This document shows positions 16,144 to 25,457 of a DNA stretch of 42,131 nt, piece by piece. The position numbers and the translations under genes were made by a program. The stretch comes from Actinomycetota bacterium (GTDB taxonomy: Bacteria > Actinomycetota > UBA4738 > HRBIN12): assembly GCA_046728055.1 (NCBI GenBank), contig JBKPDU010000029.1, positions 1 to 42,131 on the forward strand, given 5' to 3'. The notes below the pieces were generated by a model, which saw only the letters and a program-made list of their open reading frames with translations, was not told where the DNA came from and searched no databases. Every line of letters starts with the position of its first letter. Position 1 is the stretch's first letter.

Positions 16144-17517
16144 TCAGGCCGCTCCGATCCTGGCTCCCAACGCCCGGAGGGCCGTCAGGAAGCCCGGGAA
16201 GGACACGTGGGCCCACTCCATGCCGTCGATCTCGCAGCTGGCCCGGGCCCGGAGTGCCGCGACCGCTGCCGCCATGGCCAGGCGGTGGTCGCGGCGGGCT
16301 GAGGTCCTGCCACCGGCCAGCCCCTCGCCTTCGACCACCAGCTCCTCCCCTTCGACCCTGGCCCGGCCGCCGAGGTCCCGCACCATCTTCGCCACCCCGG
16401 CCAGCCGATCGCTCTCCTTGGCTCGAAGCTCGGCTCCGCCGGCGAATCGGGTCTCCCCATCTGCGTGAGCGGCCAAGGCCGCGAGGACCGGCACCTCATC
16501 GATCACGAGGGGCAACTCTGGGGCCGTCACCTCGGTCCCACGCAACCCCGCGGTGCGAGCCACGAACAGCTCGCCCACCGGTTCGCCCAACTGCTCACCG
16601 GTCACCCGCTGTTCCGTTCCGGCACCCATGCGGTTCAGGACCTCCAGGAAGTGCGTGCGGGTGGGATTCAGTCCCACACCTCGGATCGCGAGGTCCCCGT
16701 CGGTGAGGATCGCCCCTCCCACGAGGAATGCCGCGGACGACACGTCGCCCGGGACCTCTGCCTCGAACCCCTCGTGCTGGAATCGGGAGACCGAGACCGA
16801 CCCCTCCTCACCATGAACGGGAGCGCCCAGCCGGAGCAGGGCACGTTCCGTGTGATCGCGGGTCCTGGCCGGCTCCACCACCGTGGTCCGGCCGTCGGCC
16901 GCCAGGCCGGCGAACAGGACGGCCCCCTTCACCTGGGCGGTTGGCACGTCCAGTTGGTGACGGACCCCCCGGAGGGGCCCGCCGGCGACATCCACCGGTG
17001 GACGCCCGTGGTCGGTGCGGACCGACGCGCCCATCTGCCGGAGCGGCGCGGCAACCCGCTCCATCGGCCGGGCCCGAAGGCTCTGGTCTCCCGTGAGCGT
17101 TGAGGCGAACGGCGACGACGCCAGGACCCCCATGAGCAATCGCATCGTGGTCCCGGAGTTCCCGCAATCCAGCGGTCGTTCGGGCGCTCGAAGCTGGTCC
17201 CTTCCGTCGGCCTGGATGACCAGCTCGGCCTGGCCGTCACTCGGACCAACCCTGCCATCGACGGTGAATCCGTCTTCGGTGGGCCGGTGCTGCAGCTTCG
17301 AACCCCAAGCCTCAAGCTGAAGTCGAGCAGGCTCTCTCACCACGGCGGACAGGCATCGTGCGGTCGATCGGACGTCCAGGGCTCCCGGGAGACCCACCAG
17401 CCTGGATCCCCCCCGTGCCGTCGCCGAGAGGATCAGCCAGCGGTGCGCGATGGACTTGTCTCCAGGAACCGCTGCTTCGCCCTCGACGGTGCCACCCGGC
17501 TCGATCAGGATGCGCAC
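16144..17517 (-). CDS. aroA: 3-phosphoshikimate 1-carboxyvinyltransferase (EPSP synthase)
   Basis: PGDKSIAHR, LDCGNSGTTMR, RPMERV, AQVK, RDHTER, ELRAKESDR, DHRLAM; start GTG 17517. Confidence 0.93.
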   Translation of the reverse strand: MRILIEPGGTVEGEAAVPGDKSIAHRWLILSATARGGSRLVGLPGALDVRSTARCLSAVVREPARLQLEAWGSKLQHRPTEDGFTVDGRVGPSDGQAELVIQADGRDQLRAPERPLDCGNSGTTMRLLMGVLASSPFASTLTGDQSLRARPMERVAAPLRQMGASVRTDHGRPPVDVAGGPLRGVRHQLDVPTAQVKGAVLFAGLAADGRTTVVEPARTRDHTERALLRLGAPVHGEEGSVSVSRFQHEGFEAEVPGDVSSAAFLVGGAILTDGDLAIRGVGLNPTRTHFLEVLNRMGAGTEQRVTGEQLGEPVGELFVARTAGLRGTEVTAPELPLVIDEVPVLAALAAHADGETRFAGGAELRAKESDRLAGVAKMVRDLGGRARVEGEELVVEGEGLAGGRTSARRDHRLAMAAAVAALRARASCEIDGMEWAHVSFPGFLTALRALGARIGAA

Positions 17518-17525
17518 GTCGGCCC

Positions 17526-18620
17526 CTAGGCCAGCCGGAGCGGCTCGAACCCCCGCTCCCGGAGGGCCCGGACCGCCTCGTCGGCGGCCGAGGACACCAC
17601 GGTGAGATGGACGGTCCCTCGGCCCCCTTCGGGTGAGTGGACGATCTGGAGGTCCTCGATGTTCACCCCGGCGAGCCCAAGGCACGCCGTGAGGTCGGCC
17701 AGCGTTCCGGGCCGGTCGGGGACGGCTACCTGGAGCACGCTCACTCCGGTCCTCACGGTGGGCTTGGCCGCAAGCGTCAGCCGGGCCTCCTTGGCCTCGG
17801 CGAACGCCCGTTCGACGTCGCGCGCCGATCCCGCGATGACCATGTCGCGGATCTCGGACAAGCGCTTCGCGTACAGGTCGATGGCCTCGGCGATCTGGGC
17901 CCGGTTTGCCAGCAGGATGTCGCTCCACAGATGCGGGCTGGAGGCGGCCAAGCGAGTGAGGTCCCTGAACCCTCCGGCGGCCAGGAGCAGGATGTCGGGC
18001 TCGCCCGCCTCCTCCGTCGCGGCCAGGCTCATCAGCGCGGTGGAAGCCACCTGAGGGAGGTGGCTGACCATGGCCACCAGCCGGTCATGGCGGAAGGGAT
18101 CCATCACCACCGGCCGGGCCCCGATGGCCTCGACCCACCCAGAGAGCCGCGCCGTTGCCTTGTCCGATGTGACCGGCGAGGGGGTCAACACCCAGACGAT
18201 CCCGTCCAGGACCGAGGAGGAGGCCCCATCAGGCCCCGAGCGCTCCGAGCCTCCCATGGGATGGCCGCCCACGAAACGTTGCCCGTATCCACCCTGGACG
18301 GTTCTCTCAACCTCGCTCAACACGTGAGACTTCACGCTTCCCACGTCGGTGACCACAGCCTCGGTAGCCGCGGACAGCGCCTCCGCGACGACGCCGGCGA
18401 TGCTCGGCACCGGGGTGCACACGAACACCAGCGAGGCCCCGTTCACCGCCTCCACAACCGAGCTTCGGGGCCGAAGGCCAGAGCGGTCCGCGGCCCGGGC
18501 GAGGACGTTCGGGTCTGGGTCGAATCCTCGGACGTCCTCCCCCGCGGCTCTTGCTGCCATGGCGATCGAGGTCCCCATGAGGCCCGTCCCCAACACCCCC
18601 ACCCGCTCACCCGAGGTCAT
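17526..18620 (-). CDS. tyrA: Prephenate dehydrogenase with C-terminal ACT domain
   Basis: GTGLMG Rossmann motif, TDVGSVK, GGHPMGGSE, HD...SHLP, GFRDLTRLA, ACT domain VPDRPGTLA. Confidence 0.92.
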   Translation of the reverse strand: MTSGERVGVLGTGLMGTSIAMAARAAGEDVRGFDPDPNVLARAADRSGLRPRSSVVEAVNGASLVFVCTPVPSIAGVVAEALSAATEAVVTDVGSVKSHVLSEVERTVQGGYGQRFVGGHPMGGSERSGPDGASSSVLDGIVWVLTPSPVTSDKATARLSGWVEAIGARPVVMDPFRHDRLVAMVSHLPQVASTALMSLAATEEAGEPDILLLAAGGFRDLTRLAASSPHLWSDILLANRAQIAEAIDLYAKRLSEIRDMVIAGSARDVERAFAEAKEARLTLAAKPTVRTGVSVLQVAVPDRPGTLADLTACLGLAGVNIEDLQIVHSPEGGRGTVHLTVVSSAADEAVRALRERGFEPLRLA

Positions 18621-18975
18621 CGCGAAGAGACTCCGCCCCGTCGAGGTAAACGTGGGCCACTCGCTCCGGTGGGCGATCCGTGTAGAAGTGCATCAGGACC
18701 CGGATCACCATGGGCATGGCCCCCTCGACGGGGATCTCTCGGGCGCAGAGCAGGGGCACGTGGCCCAAACCCATGTTCCGAGCCGCTTCGGCCGGGAACG
18801 CCGACCGGAGATCGTCGGTGGCGGTGAAGAAGACGCTCACGATGTCGGCGTCGACAACCCCGTTCAGCTCGAGCATCGCCGACAGCAGCCGCTCCGTCGT
18901 GGACAGGACCGATCCGGCGGCATCCTCCGCCACACGGATCGCCCCCCGGGCCGCACGGACCTTCGGATCTTCCAC
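18607..18975 (-). CDS. aroH: Chorismate mutase, AroH (Bacillus) type
   Basis: VRAARGAI, FTATDDL..AFPA.AAR, VPLLCAREI, YLDGAESLRDDL. Confidence 0.92.
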   Translation of the reverse strand: MEDPKVRAARGAIRVAEDAAGSVLSTTERLLSAMLELNGVVDADIVSVFFTATDDLRSAFPAEAARNMGLGHVPLLCAREIPVEGAMPMVIRVLMHFYTDRPPERVAHVYLDGAESLRDDLG

Positions 18976-19046
18976 GGTCGTTCGAGCCTCAGGCTACAGG
19001 GAGGCGGTGAGCTCCCGCCTGGGGACGGTGCTCCCCGGGGATGCGG

Positions 19047-19766
19047 CTACAACCCGGCTGCCTGGTACAGCGCCCGCACCTCCGAAGGAGTGAGGTCTCG
19101 GCGTTCGCCGGGGCGCAGCCGGCCGAGCTTCACCGGGCCGACCCTGAGACGGATCAGCCGGCGAACTGGCAGACCCACGGTGGCGAGCATCCGACGAACC
19201 TCGCGTTTGCGACCCTCGGCCATGATCAACCGGACGGCCCCCCTGTCCCCGGATCGAGCGACCGATCGGACGGCCACGGCCCGGGCCGGGCCGTCTTCGA
19301 GGTCGACTCCACGGCGGAGCCGGGCGATCTGCTGCCTGGTTGGGGCGCCGTCCACCTCGGCCAGGTACTCCTTCTCGACCCCGTGTCGCGGGTGGAGGAG
19401 GCGGTTGGCCAGTCCCCCGTCGTTCGTGAGGATGAGGAGCCCCTCGGTGTCCCGATCCAGCCGCCCCACCGGGAAGACCCGGATGTCTTGCGGGAGGTAG
19501 GCCGCCAGGTCCGTCTCTGCGTGAGCGTCCCGTAGCGTCGTCGTCACCCCTGCCGGCTTGTGCAGCGCGAGGTATCGGAGGCCGGGGTCGATGCTCGCCT
19601 GGCGCCCGTCCACCTCCACGACGTCTCGGGACGGGTCCACCCGGTCGCCGAGGAGGGCAACCCGCCCGTTGACGCTGACCCGGCCCTCACGGATGAGGTC
19701 TTCGGAGGCCCGCCGCGAGCCGAACCCGGCCCGGGCCAGGGTCCGCTGCAACCGCTCCTCGGACAT
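19047..19766 (-). CDS. rluB: Pseudouridine synthase, RsuA/RluB family
   Basis: S4 domain ERLQRTLARAGFGSRR, catalytic VGRLDRDTEGLL, EGRKREVRRM. Confidence 0.9.
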   Translation of the reverse strand: MSEERLQRTLARAGFGSRRASEDLIREGRVSVNGRVALLGDRVDPSRDVVEVDGRQASIDPGLRYLALHKPAGVTTTLRDAHAETDLAAYLPQDIRVFPVGRLDRDTEGLLILTNDGGLANRLLHPRHGVEKEYLAEVDGAPTRQQIARLRRGVDLEDGPARAVAVRSVARSGDRGAVRLIMAEGRKREVRRMLATVGLPVRRLIRLRVGPVKLGRLRPGERRDLTPSEVRALYQAAGL

Positions 19767-19776
19767 GGCGGAGGAG

Positions 19777-20340
19777 CTACTCGCCTCCGGTCTCGGCCTC
19801 GGCGTCCTCCTGCGAAGCCTGACCGAGCAGCGAGGCGAGCGGAGGGAGCGCGGAGAGCGAGGCAAGTCCCAGCCGCTCCAGGAAGTCCGGGGTCGTGCCG
19901 TAGACGACGGGGCGGCCCGGACCCTCTTCCCGACCCACCTCTGCCACTAGGCCCCGGTCCACCAATGCCCGGATGACCCCGTCGGAGTTCACCCCCCGGA
20001 TCCCCGCGATCTGGTGCCGGGTCACCGGCTGCTTGTAGGCCACGATGGCCAGCGTCTCGAGCGACGCCTTGGTCAGGCGAGCGTGCCGGGAGGAGAGCAC
20101 GTACTGCTCGACGAACGGGGCCGTGTCCGGATGAGTGGTCAGGCGCCACCCGCCGGCCACGCTTCGGAGCACGATCCCCGATCCCCGTCCCTCGTACGCG
20201 CGCGCGAGCGCCTCGCATGCCTGGTCAACCTCCCGGCGATCGATCTCCAGTGCCTGGGCCAACACGGTCGAGGAGACCGGCTCGTCAGACACGAACAGCA
20301 GCGCTTCCAACGCCCGCATCGCTTCGAGTGACGAGCTCAC
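19777..20340 (-). CDS. scpB: SMC-Scp complex subunit ScpB
   Basis: LEALLFVS, LETLAIVAYKQPVTR..I..IRGV, GRPVVYGTT..FL. Confidence 0.95.
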   Translation of the reverse strand: MSSSLEAMRALEALLFVSDEPVSSTVLAQALEIDRREVDQACEALARAYEGRGSGIVLRSVAGGWRLTTHPDTAPFVEQYVLSSRHARLTKASLETLAIVAYKQPVTRHQIAGIRGVNSDGVIRALVDRGLVAEVGREEGPGRPVVYGTTPDFLERLGLASLSALPPLASLLGQASQEDAEAETGGE

Positions 20341-21089
20341 CGGTCGCGGCCCCGCCATTCGACGTCGATCTCGCCGAACGTCTCCGCCTGGGCCAAGCCC
20401 ACCTTGTCCTCTCGGTACAGCTCGAGGAGGGCGAGGAACCGCATGACGACGTGGATCCGGTCCTCGCAGTCGGCGACCAGGTCACGGAAGCTGGCCCGCC
20501 CCACCCGGCCCAGCCTGGCCGTCACGGCGTTCACGGCGTCTTCCATCGAATACCGGATGGGAGTGACGTGATACAGGTCGAGTGAGGGCGGCGGCCGCAG
20601 GAGCGTCACGGCGATCCTCGCGAGGTCCTGGGCCGAGACCCGCTCGAGAACATCGGGGTACAGGTGGGCGAACTCCGGCGGAGGGCCGGCGCTCCGGGCA
20701 TGAAGGAGCGCCTCGCGCTCCATCCTTCGAGCAAGCTCGCCGGCCACCTGACGGATCGCGGAGAGCTCCAGGCTCCGGGCGTAGGCCAGGTCCGGCGAGG
20801 CCCCCAGGATGTCCTCCTCATCCAGGACCTCGGGCCGTGGCATGAGCCGGCCCACCTTCAACTCGAGCAGGACGGCGCAAACCGCCAGGAACCACGTCGC
20901 CTCCTCCAGGGTCCAGTTCTCAGTCTGCTTCGAGTACGACAGGTAGAGATCGATGACGCGTCCGATGGAGACATCGCACACGTCGACCTTCTGCTCCAGG
21001 ATGAGGTCGGCCAGCAGCCGGAACGGTCCGGCGAACACCGGCAACTCGACGGTGAACCTGCCCCCCACGTTCTCCCGCTCGTCGCTCAT
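20337..21089 (-). CDS. scpA: Segregation/condensation protein A
   Basis: FAGPFRLL..LI, FLALLELY...QAETFGEI; immediately upstream of scpB. Confidence 0.9.
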   Translation of the reverse strand: MSDERENVGGRFTVELPVFAGPFRLLADLILEQKVDVCDVSIGRVIDLYLSYSKQTENWTLEEATWFLAVCAVLLELKVGRLMPRPEVLDEEDILGASPDLAYARSLELSAIRQVAGELARRMEREALLHARSAGPPPEFAHLYPDVLERVSAQDLARIAVTLLRPPPSLDLYHVTPIRYSMEDAVNAVTARLGRVGRASFRDLVADCEDRIHVVMRFLALLELYREDKVGLAQAETFGEIDVEWRGRDR

Positions 21090-22111
21090 GCCAGGTTCAT
21101 CGCCCGTCGGACGGACTTCATCGTGCCCTCCACCACCGGCCTGACCTTCGCGGCGCCCTCCGCCAGGACCTCGTCCACGATCTCCGGCGTGCGCTCGAAC
21201 TCCGCTCGCCGCTCACGAAATGGGCGGTAGTAGTCGATGATCCGGCCGGCCAGGTCCATCTTGTCCTCGACGCACCCCAAGGCTCCGGACCGACAGTTCG
21301 CGTCGATCCACGCAACGTGGTCCGGCGGGGAGAACAGCCGCTGCAGTGTGAAGATGGGGCAGATCTCGGGCCGTCCCGGATCGCCCAACCGGATCTTCTT
21401 CGGGTCGGTGATGAACGTCCGCACCTTCGCGGTGATGTCGTCCGGGCTGTCCGACACGCCGATGAAGTTGTCCAGCGACTTGGACATCTTCCGGCCGTCC
21501 GAACCGGGGATGAGGGGGGACTCGGAGAGCAGCGGCTGAGGTTCCACGAGGACGGGGCCGTACAGCCGGTTGAACCGGCGAACGATCTCCCTGGAGATCT
21601 CCAGGTGCGACACTTGGTCCTCCCCCACGGGTACCAGCTCCCCCTTCACGATCGTGATGTCCACGGTCTGAAGCACCGGATAACCGAGGAGTCCGAAGTT
21701 CGCGATGTCCCGCTCGGCCATGTCTCGGAGGCGCTCCTTGTACGTCGGGACTCGCTCGAGCCAACCGAGGGGCGTGATCATCCCGAGCAGCAAGGTGAGC
21801 TCGGCGACCTCCGGGACGTCGGACTGGCGGTAGATGGTGGCCTTGGCCGGATCGATCCCGGCGGCCAACCAATCGAGGACGAGGCCGCGGATCCGATCGG
21901 GCAACAATTCGGTTCGGTCGTAGTCCGTGGTGAGCATGTGCCAGTCAGCGATGAAGAAGAACGCGTCGTGCTCCTCCTGGAGCTTGAGCATGTTGAGGAT
22001 GTTTCCGAACCAGTGCCCGATGTGCAGGGGACCGGTCGGCCGGTAGCCCGTCAGGACCCTGGCCCGTCTAGTGGCCTCCGGGGTCGATGTGGAACGAGTC
22101 GACGTGTCGAT
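21086..22111 (-). CDS. trpS: Tryptophan--tRNA ligase (start codon apparently non-canonical)
   Basis: RVLTGYRPTGPLHIGH lies in frame upstream of the track's ATG 21991; also FIADWH, YPVLQTVDI, VPVGEDQ, KMSKS. 5' end set tentatively at ATC 22111. Confidence 0.9.
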   Translation of the reverse strand: MDTSTRSTSTPEATRRARVLTGYRPTGPLHIGHWFGNILNMLKLQEEHDAFFFIADWHMLTTDYDRTELLPDRIRGLVLDWLAAGIDPAKATIYRQSDVPEVAELTLLLGMITPLGWLERVPTYKERLRDMAERDIANFGLLGYPVLQTVDITIVKGELVPVGEDQVSHLEISREIVRRFNRLYGPVLVEPQPLLSESPLIPGSDGRKMSKSLDNFIGVSDSPDDITAKVRTFITDPKKIRLGDPGRPEICPIFTLQRLFSPPDHVAWIDANCRSGALGCVEDKMDLAGRIIDYYRPFRERRAEFERTPEIVDEVLAEGAAKVRPVVEGTMKSVRRAMNLA

Positions 22112-22151
22112 GCCGCGATGATACTGCCGGGGCCTGGAGGCTCCCGGAGGA

Positions 22152-22796
22152 TCAGCAGTTTCCGGCGCCGGCCACTACCGTGCAGACCGCGCGGAACAGG
22201 CCGTTCACGATGCTGAGGAACGGGCCGCCCAGCAGGAAGAAGATCGCCAGCATGAACAGCACGAGGTACTGGTCCAGGCCCTGATAGATCTCCCGGACCC
22301 GGGGCGACAGGACCCGGGCCAGCAGCTTGGAGCCGTCCAGTCCCGGTATCGGCGCGAGCTGGATCACGACCATGTACACGTTCACCAGGAGCCACGCATA
22401 GACGAAGACGTACGCGTCGCCACTCAGGCCGAACCGGAGGACGATCCCCGCCAGGACCGCCAGCGCCAGGTTCGCCCCCAATCCGGCGAAGACGACGATC
22501 AGCGAGTCCCGTCTCGGATTGCGAAGGGACCGGGGGTCGAGCGGCATCGGTTTTGCGTACGCGAAGACCGGGATGACGAAACCGGCCTCGGCCGCCACCA
22601 GGATCAGCGCCAGCGCTGGCAGGATGATCGTCCCGAACGGGTCGATGAGCGGCCGGGGGTTCAGCGTGAGCCGACCCCATCGCCGGGGACTGGGATCGCC
22701 GAGGCGGTCGGCGGCGAGGGCGTGACCGTATTCGTGGAGCACCAGGCTCGGAACCAGGGCGACGAGCAGATAGAAGGCGAGCTTCAGGCTGTCCAC
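22152..22796 (-). CDS. Site-2 protease family (M50) membrane metalloprotease
   Basis: HEYGH, GRLTLNP, AKP, QLAPIPGLDG. Confidence 0.9.
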   Translation of the reverse strand: MDSLKLAFYLLVALVPSLVLHEYGHALAADRLGDPSPRRWGRLTLNPRPLIDPFGTIILPALALILVAAEAGFVIPVFAYAKPMPLDPRSLRNPRRDSLIVVFAGLGANLALAVLAGIVLRFGLSGDAYVFVYAWLLVNVYMVVIQLAPIPGLDGSKLLARVLSPRVREIYQGLDQYLVLFMLAIFFLLGGPFLSIVNGLFRAVCTVVAGAGNC

Positions 22797-22818
22797 GGCG
22801 ACTCCAGTACGTCGGCCC

Positions 22819-24135
22819 TCAGCCGCCGTACCACCCGTGGACGAGCGGTGGAGGCTCGACCGGGTCGTCCGTCACGGTGAGCGCCGACAGCACGCGAGCG
22901 GTGCACAGCCGGGCGGTGGCCTCGTCCCGTGCATGGATCGTCCCGATCTCCTCCCCCCTCTCCAGCGGGTCCCCGACCTTGGGCCGGAACACGATACCGA
23001 CCGCGGGATCGACTGGCTCACCCTTCCTCTTTCGTCCGGCTCCCAGGTCGGTGCTGGCCCGGCCGATGGCCTCCGCGTCGACGGTGGCGAGGTTCCCGGA
23101 GCGATCGGCCTCGATGGGCCGGCGGACCGGAGCCACGGGGAGGACCGACCACGGATCGTCGACGACCCTGGGGTCGCCCCCCTGTGCCTCCACCATCAGC
23201 CGGAACACCTCCAGGGCCTTCCCCGAGTCCACGGCGGCGGCCGCGGCGCTCCGCCCATCGCCCATGTCGGCGCCGGTGAGGCGCGAGAGCGCCTCACCGG
23301 CGAACAGCACGGCGAGATCGCGCAGCCGCCCCTCCGCACCGCCCGAGAGAAGCGACACGGCCTCGGCGACGTCGAGGGCGTTGCCGATCGCTTCCCCCAG
23401 CGGCTGGGACATGTCGGTCACCGCGGCCCGGCAGGCCCTCTGGCGATCGGCGGCCAGCGCCGTGCACGCCTCGGCCAGGACTCCAGCATGCTCCGGGGTC
23501 TTCATGAACGCGCCGCTGCCGGCCTTCACGTCCAGCAGGATGAGGTCGGTCTCCACTGCGAGCTTCTTCGACATCACGCTCGCCGCGATGAGTGGGATGG
23601 AGGGCACGGTGGCGGTGGCATCGCGGAGTGCGTACAGGGCGCCGTCGGCAGGGACGATGTCGTGGGTCTGCCCTGCGACGGCGCATCCGACCCTCTCCAC
23701 CTGGCGCACGAACTCCTCGAGCGGCAGGTCGGTGCGAAGTCCTGGGATGGATTCGAGCTTGTCCAGGGTCCCGCCCGTGTGCCCCAACCCACGCCCCGAG
23801 AGCTTCGCCACCGCCAGGCCCAGCGACGCCGCTAGGGGGGCGAAGGCCAGGGTCACGCCGTCGGCAACGCCGCCGGTCGAGTGCTTGTCCACCGTTGGAC
23901 GGGACACGCCGGTGAGGGCGATGGTCCTGCCCGACGACACCAAGGCCCCGGTCAGGGCAGAGGTCTCGGCGTCGTCCAATCCCCGAACGAATACAGCCAT
24001 CAAGAAGGCGGCGGCCTGATAGTCGGGGATCTCGCCGTGGGCGAACCCGATGACGAAAGAGGCGAGGTCGTCCGGGTCCAGACGCCCGCCATCACGCTTC
24101 ACGGCGATCACATCTCGAGGGTCCCGCATGGTCAT
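22819..24135 (-). CDS. pdp: Pyrimidine-nucleoside / thymidine phosphorylase
   Basis: DKHSTGGV, KLSGRGLGHTGGTLDKLESIPG, YALRDATAT, SVMSKK, DVKAGSGAFM. Confidence 0.92.
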   Translation of the reverse strand: MTMRDPRDVIAVKRDGGRLDPDDLASFVIGFAHGEIPDYQAAAFLMAVFVRGLDDAETSALTGALVSSGRTIALTGVSRPTVDKHSTGGVADGVTLAFAPLAASLGLAVAKLSGRGLGHTGGTLDKLESIPGLRTDLPLEEFVRQVERVGCAVAGQTHDIVPADGALYALRDATATVPSIPLIAASVMSKKLAVETDLILLDVKAGSGAFMKTPEHAGVLAEACTALAADRQRACRAAVTDMSQPLGEAIGNALDVAEAVSLLSGGAEGRLRDLAVLFAGEALSRLTGADMGDGRSAAAAAVDSGKALEVFRLMVEAQGGDPRVVDDPWSVLPVAPVRRPIEADRSGNLATVDAEAIGRASTDLGAGRKRKGEPVDPAVGIVFRPKVGDPLERGEEIGTIHARDEATARLCTARVLSALTVTDDPVEPPPLVHGWYGG

Positions 24136-24268
24136 GTGGTGATCGCCTTCTCCCTGTCACCGAGGGCGGGAGCACCGTCGACCTCACCTCGAGGGTTGAG
24201 CGGCGATGGAGGCCACTGGCGAGGCGAACCGTCAACCTTGGCTTGATGAAATGCTCGATCGACCACGA

Positions 24269-25450
24269 TCACAGCCCCAGCTCCGCCGCGAAGCTCTCCC
24301 CGGCCAGGCCCTCCGTCCTCACCGCCAGGACGTCGGCGACCGTCGCCCCCAGGTCGGCGAAGGTGGGACGGGCGCCCAGGTCGACCGGCCCATCGGGCAG
24401 GCCGGCCGCGAGGAGCGGCGTGCGCTCCCGAGAATGGTCCGTGGACGAGGTCGTGGGGTCACACCCATGGTCCCCGGTGAGGAGCATCACTCCCCCATCC
24501 AGGGCCGTCTCGAGCTCCGCCAGACGAGGGTCCAGGGCCTCGATGCACCTGGCGTAGCCCTCGGGATCGTTGCGATGGCCGTACTTGCTGTCGAAGTCCA
24601 CCAGGTTGGTGAACACCAGCGCCGGCGAGGGCCGGGTCAGGTACTCGAGCGTGATGTCGACGCCGTCGTCGTTCGAGTTCGAGTAGCGTGCCTCGGTCAT
24701 CCCCTGTCCGGCGAAGATGTCCTGGATCTTCCCCACGCCGTACACGCCGACCCCGGCGTTGCGGCAGAAATCGAGAAGGGTCTTCCCGGGCGGTGGCACG
24801 GAGAAGTCCCGCCGCTCCGGGGTTCGGGTGAAATGGCCCGACGTTCCGGTGAACGGACGAGCGATGACCCTGCCCACGTTGTGCTCGCCGGTGAGGATCC
24901 GCCGGGCCACGCGACACCACTGGTACAACGTCGGGAGCGGGACGACGTCCTTGTGGGTCGCGATCTGGAACACCGAGTCGCCGCTCGTGTACACGATGGG
25001 TCGGCCCGTGCGCACATGCTCCTCGCCAAGCTGCTCGATGATCACGGTCCCCGATGCGGCCCTGTTCCCGAGCACGGAGCGTCCGATCGCCTCCTCGAAC
25101 GGTTGGATGACCTCCGGCGGGAAGCCCTTCGGATACAGGGGGAACGGGCGCTCCAGGACGATGCCGCACATCTCCCAGTGGCCTGTCGTGGTGTCCTTGC
25201 CCGCAGAACGCTCCGTGAGGCGGCCGTGGGCCGTGCCCGGTCCGGCCGTCGGCGACATGCCTTCGATTGTCGTGAGGAGTCCCAAGCCGAGCCGTTCGAG
25301 GTTCGGCGCGTGGATCCCACCCACCGCCCGGGCGCAATTGCCGAGCGTGTCCGAGCCCTCGTCGCCGTAGGCGGGGGCGTCGGGAGCGTCTCCCACTCCG
25401 AACGAATCGCACACGAGCATCAGGACCCGGTTGACCCTGGCGGTGCTCAC
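24269..25450 (-). CDS. deoB: Phosphopentomutase
   Basis: DSFGVG..PDA..YGD, GKDTTTGHWE, YTSGDSVFQIA, GRVIARPF, NLVDFDSKYGHRND, TGDHGCDPT, DHSRE. Confidence 0.95.
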   Translation of the reverse strand: MSTARVNRVLMLVCDSFGVGDAPDAPAYGDEGSDTLGNCARAVGGIHAPNLERLGLGLLTTIEGMSPTAGPGTAHGRLTERSAGKDTTTGHWEMCGIVLERPFPLYPKGFPPEVIQPFEEAIGRSVLGNRAASGTVIIEQLGEEHVRTGRPIVYTSGDSVFQIATHKDVVPLPTLYQWCRVARRILTGEHNVGRVIARPFTGTSGHFTRTPERRDFSVPPPGKTLLDFCRNAGVGVYGVGKIQDIFAGQGMTEARYSNSNDDGVDITLEYLTRPSPALVFTNLVDFDSKYGHRNDPEGYARCIEALDPRLAELETALDGGVMLLTGDHGCDPTTSSTDHSRERTPLLAAGLPDGPVDLGARPTFADLGATVADVLAVRTEGLAGESFAAELGL

Positions 25451-25457
25451 CGAGTGA

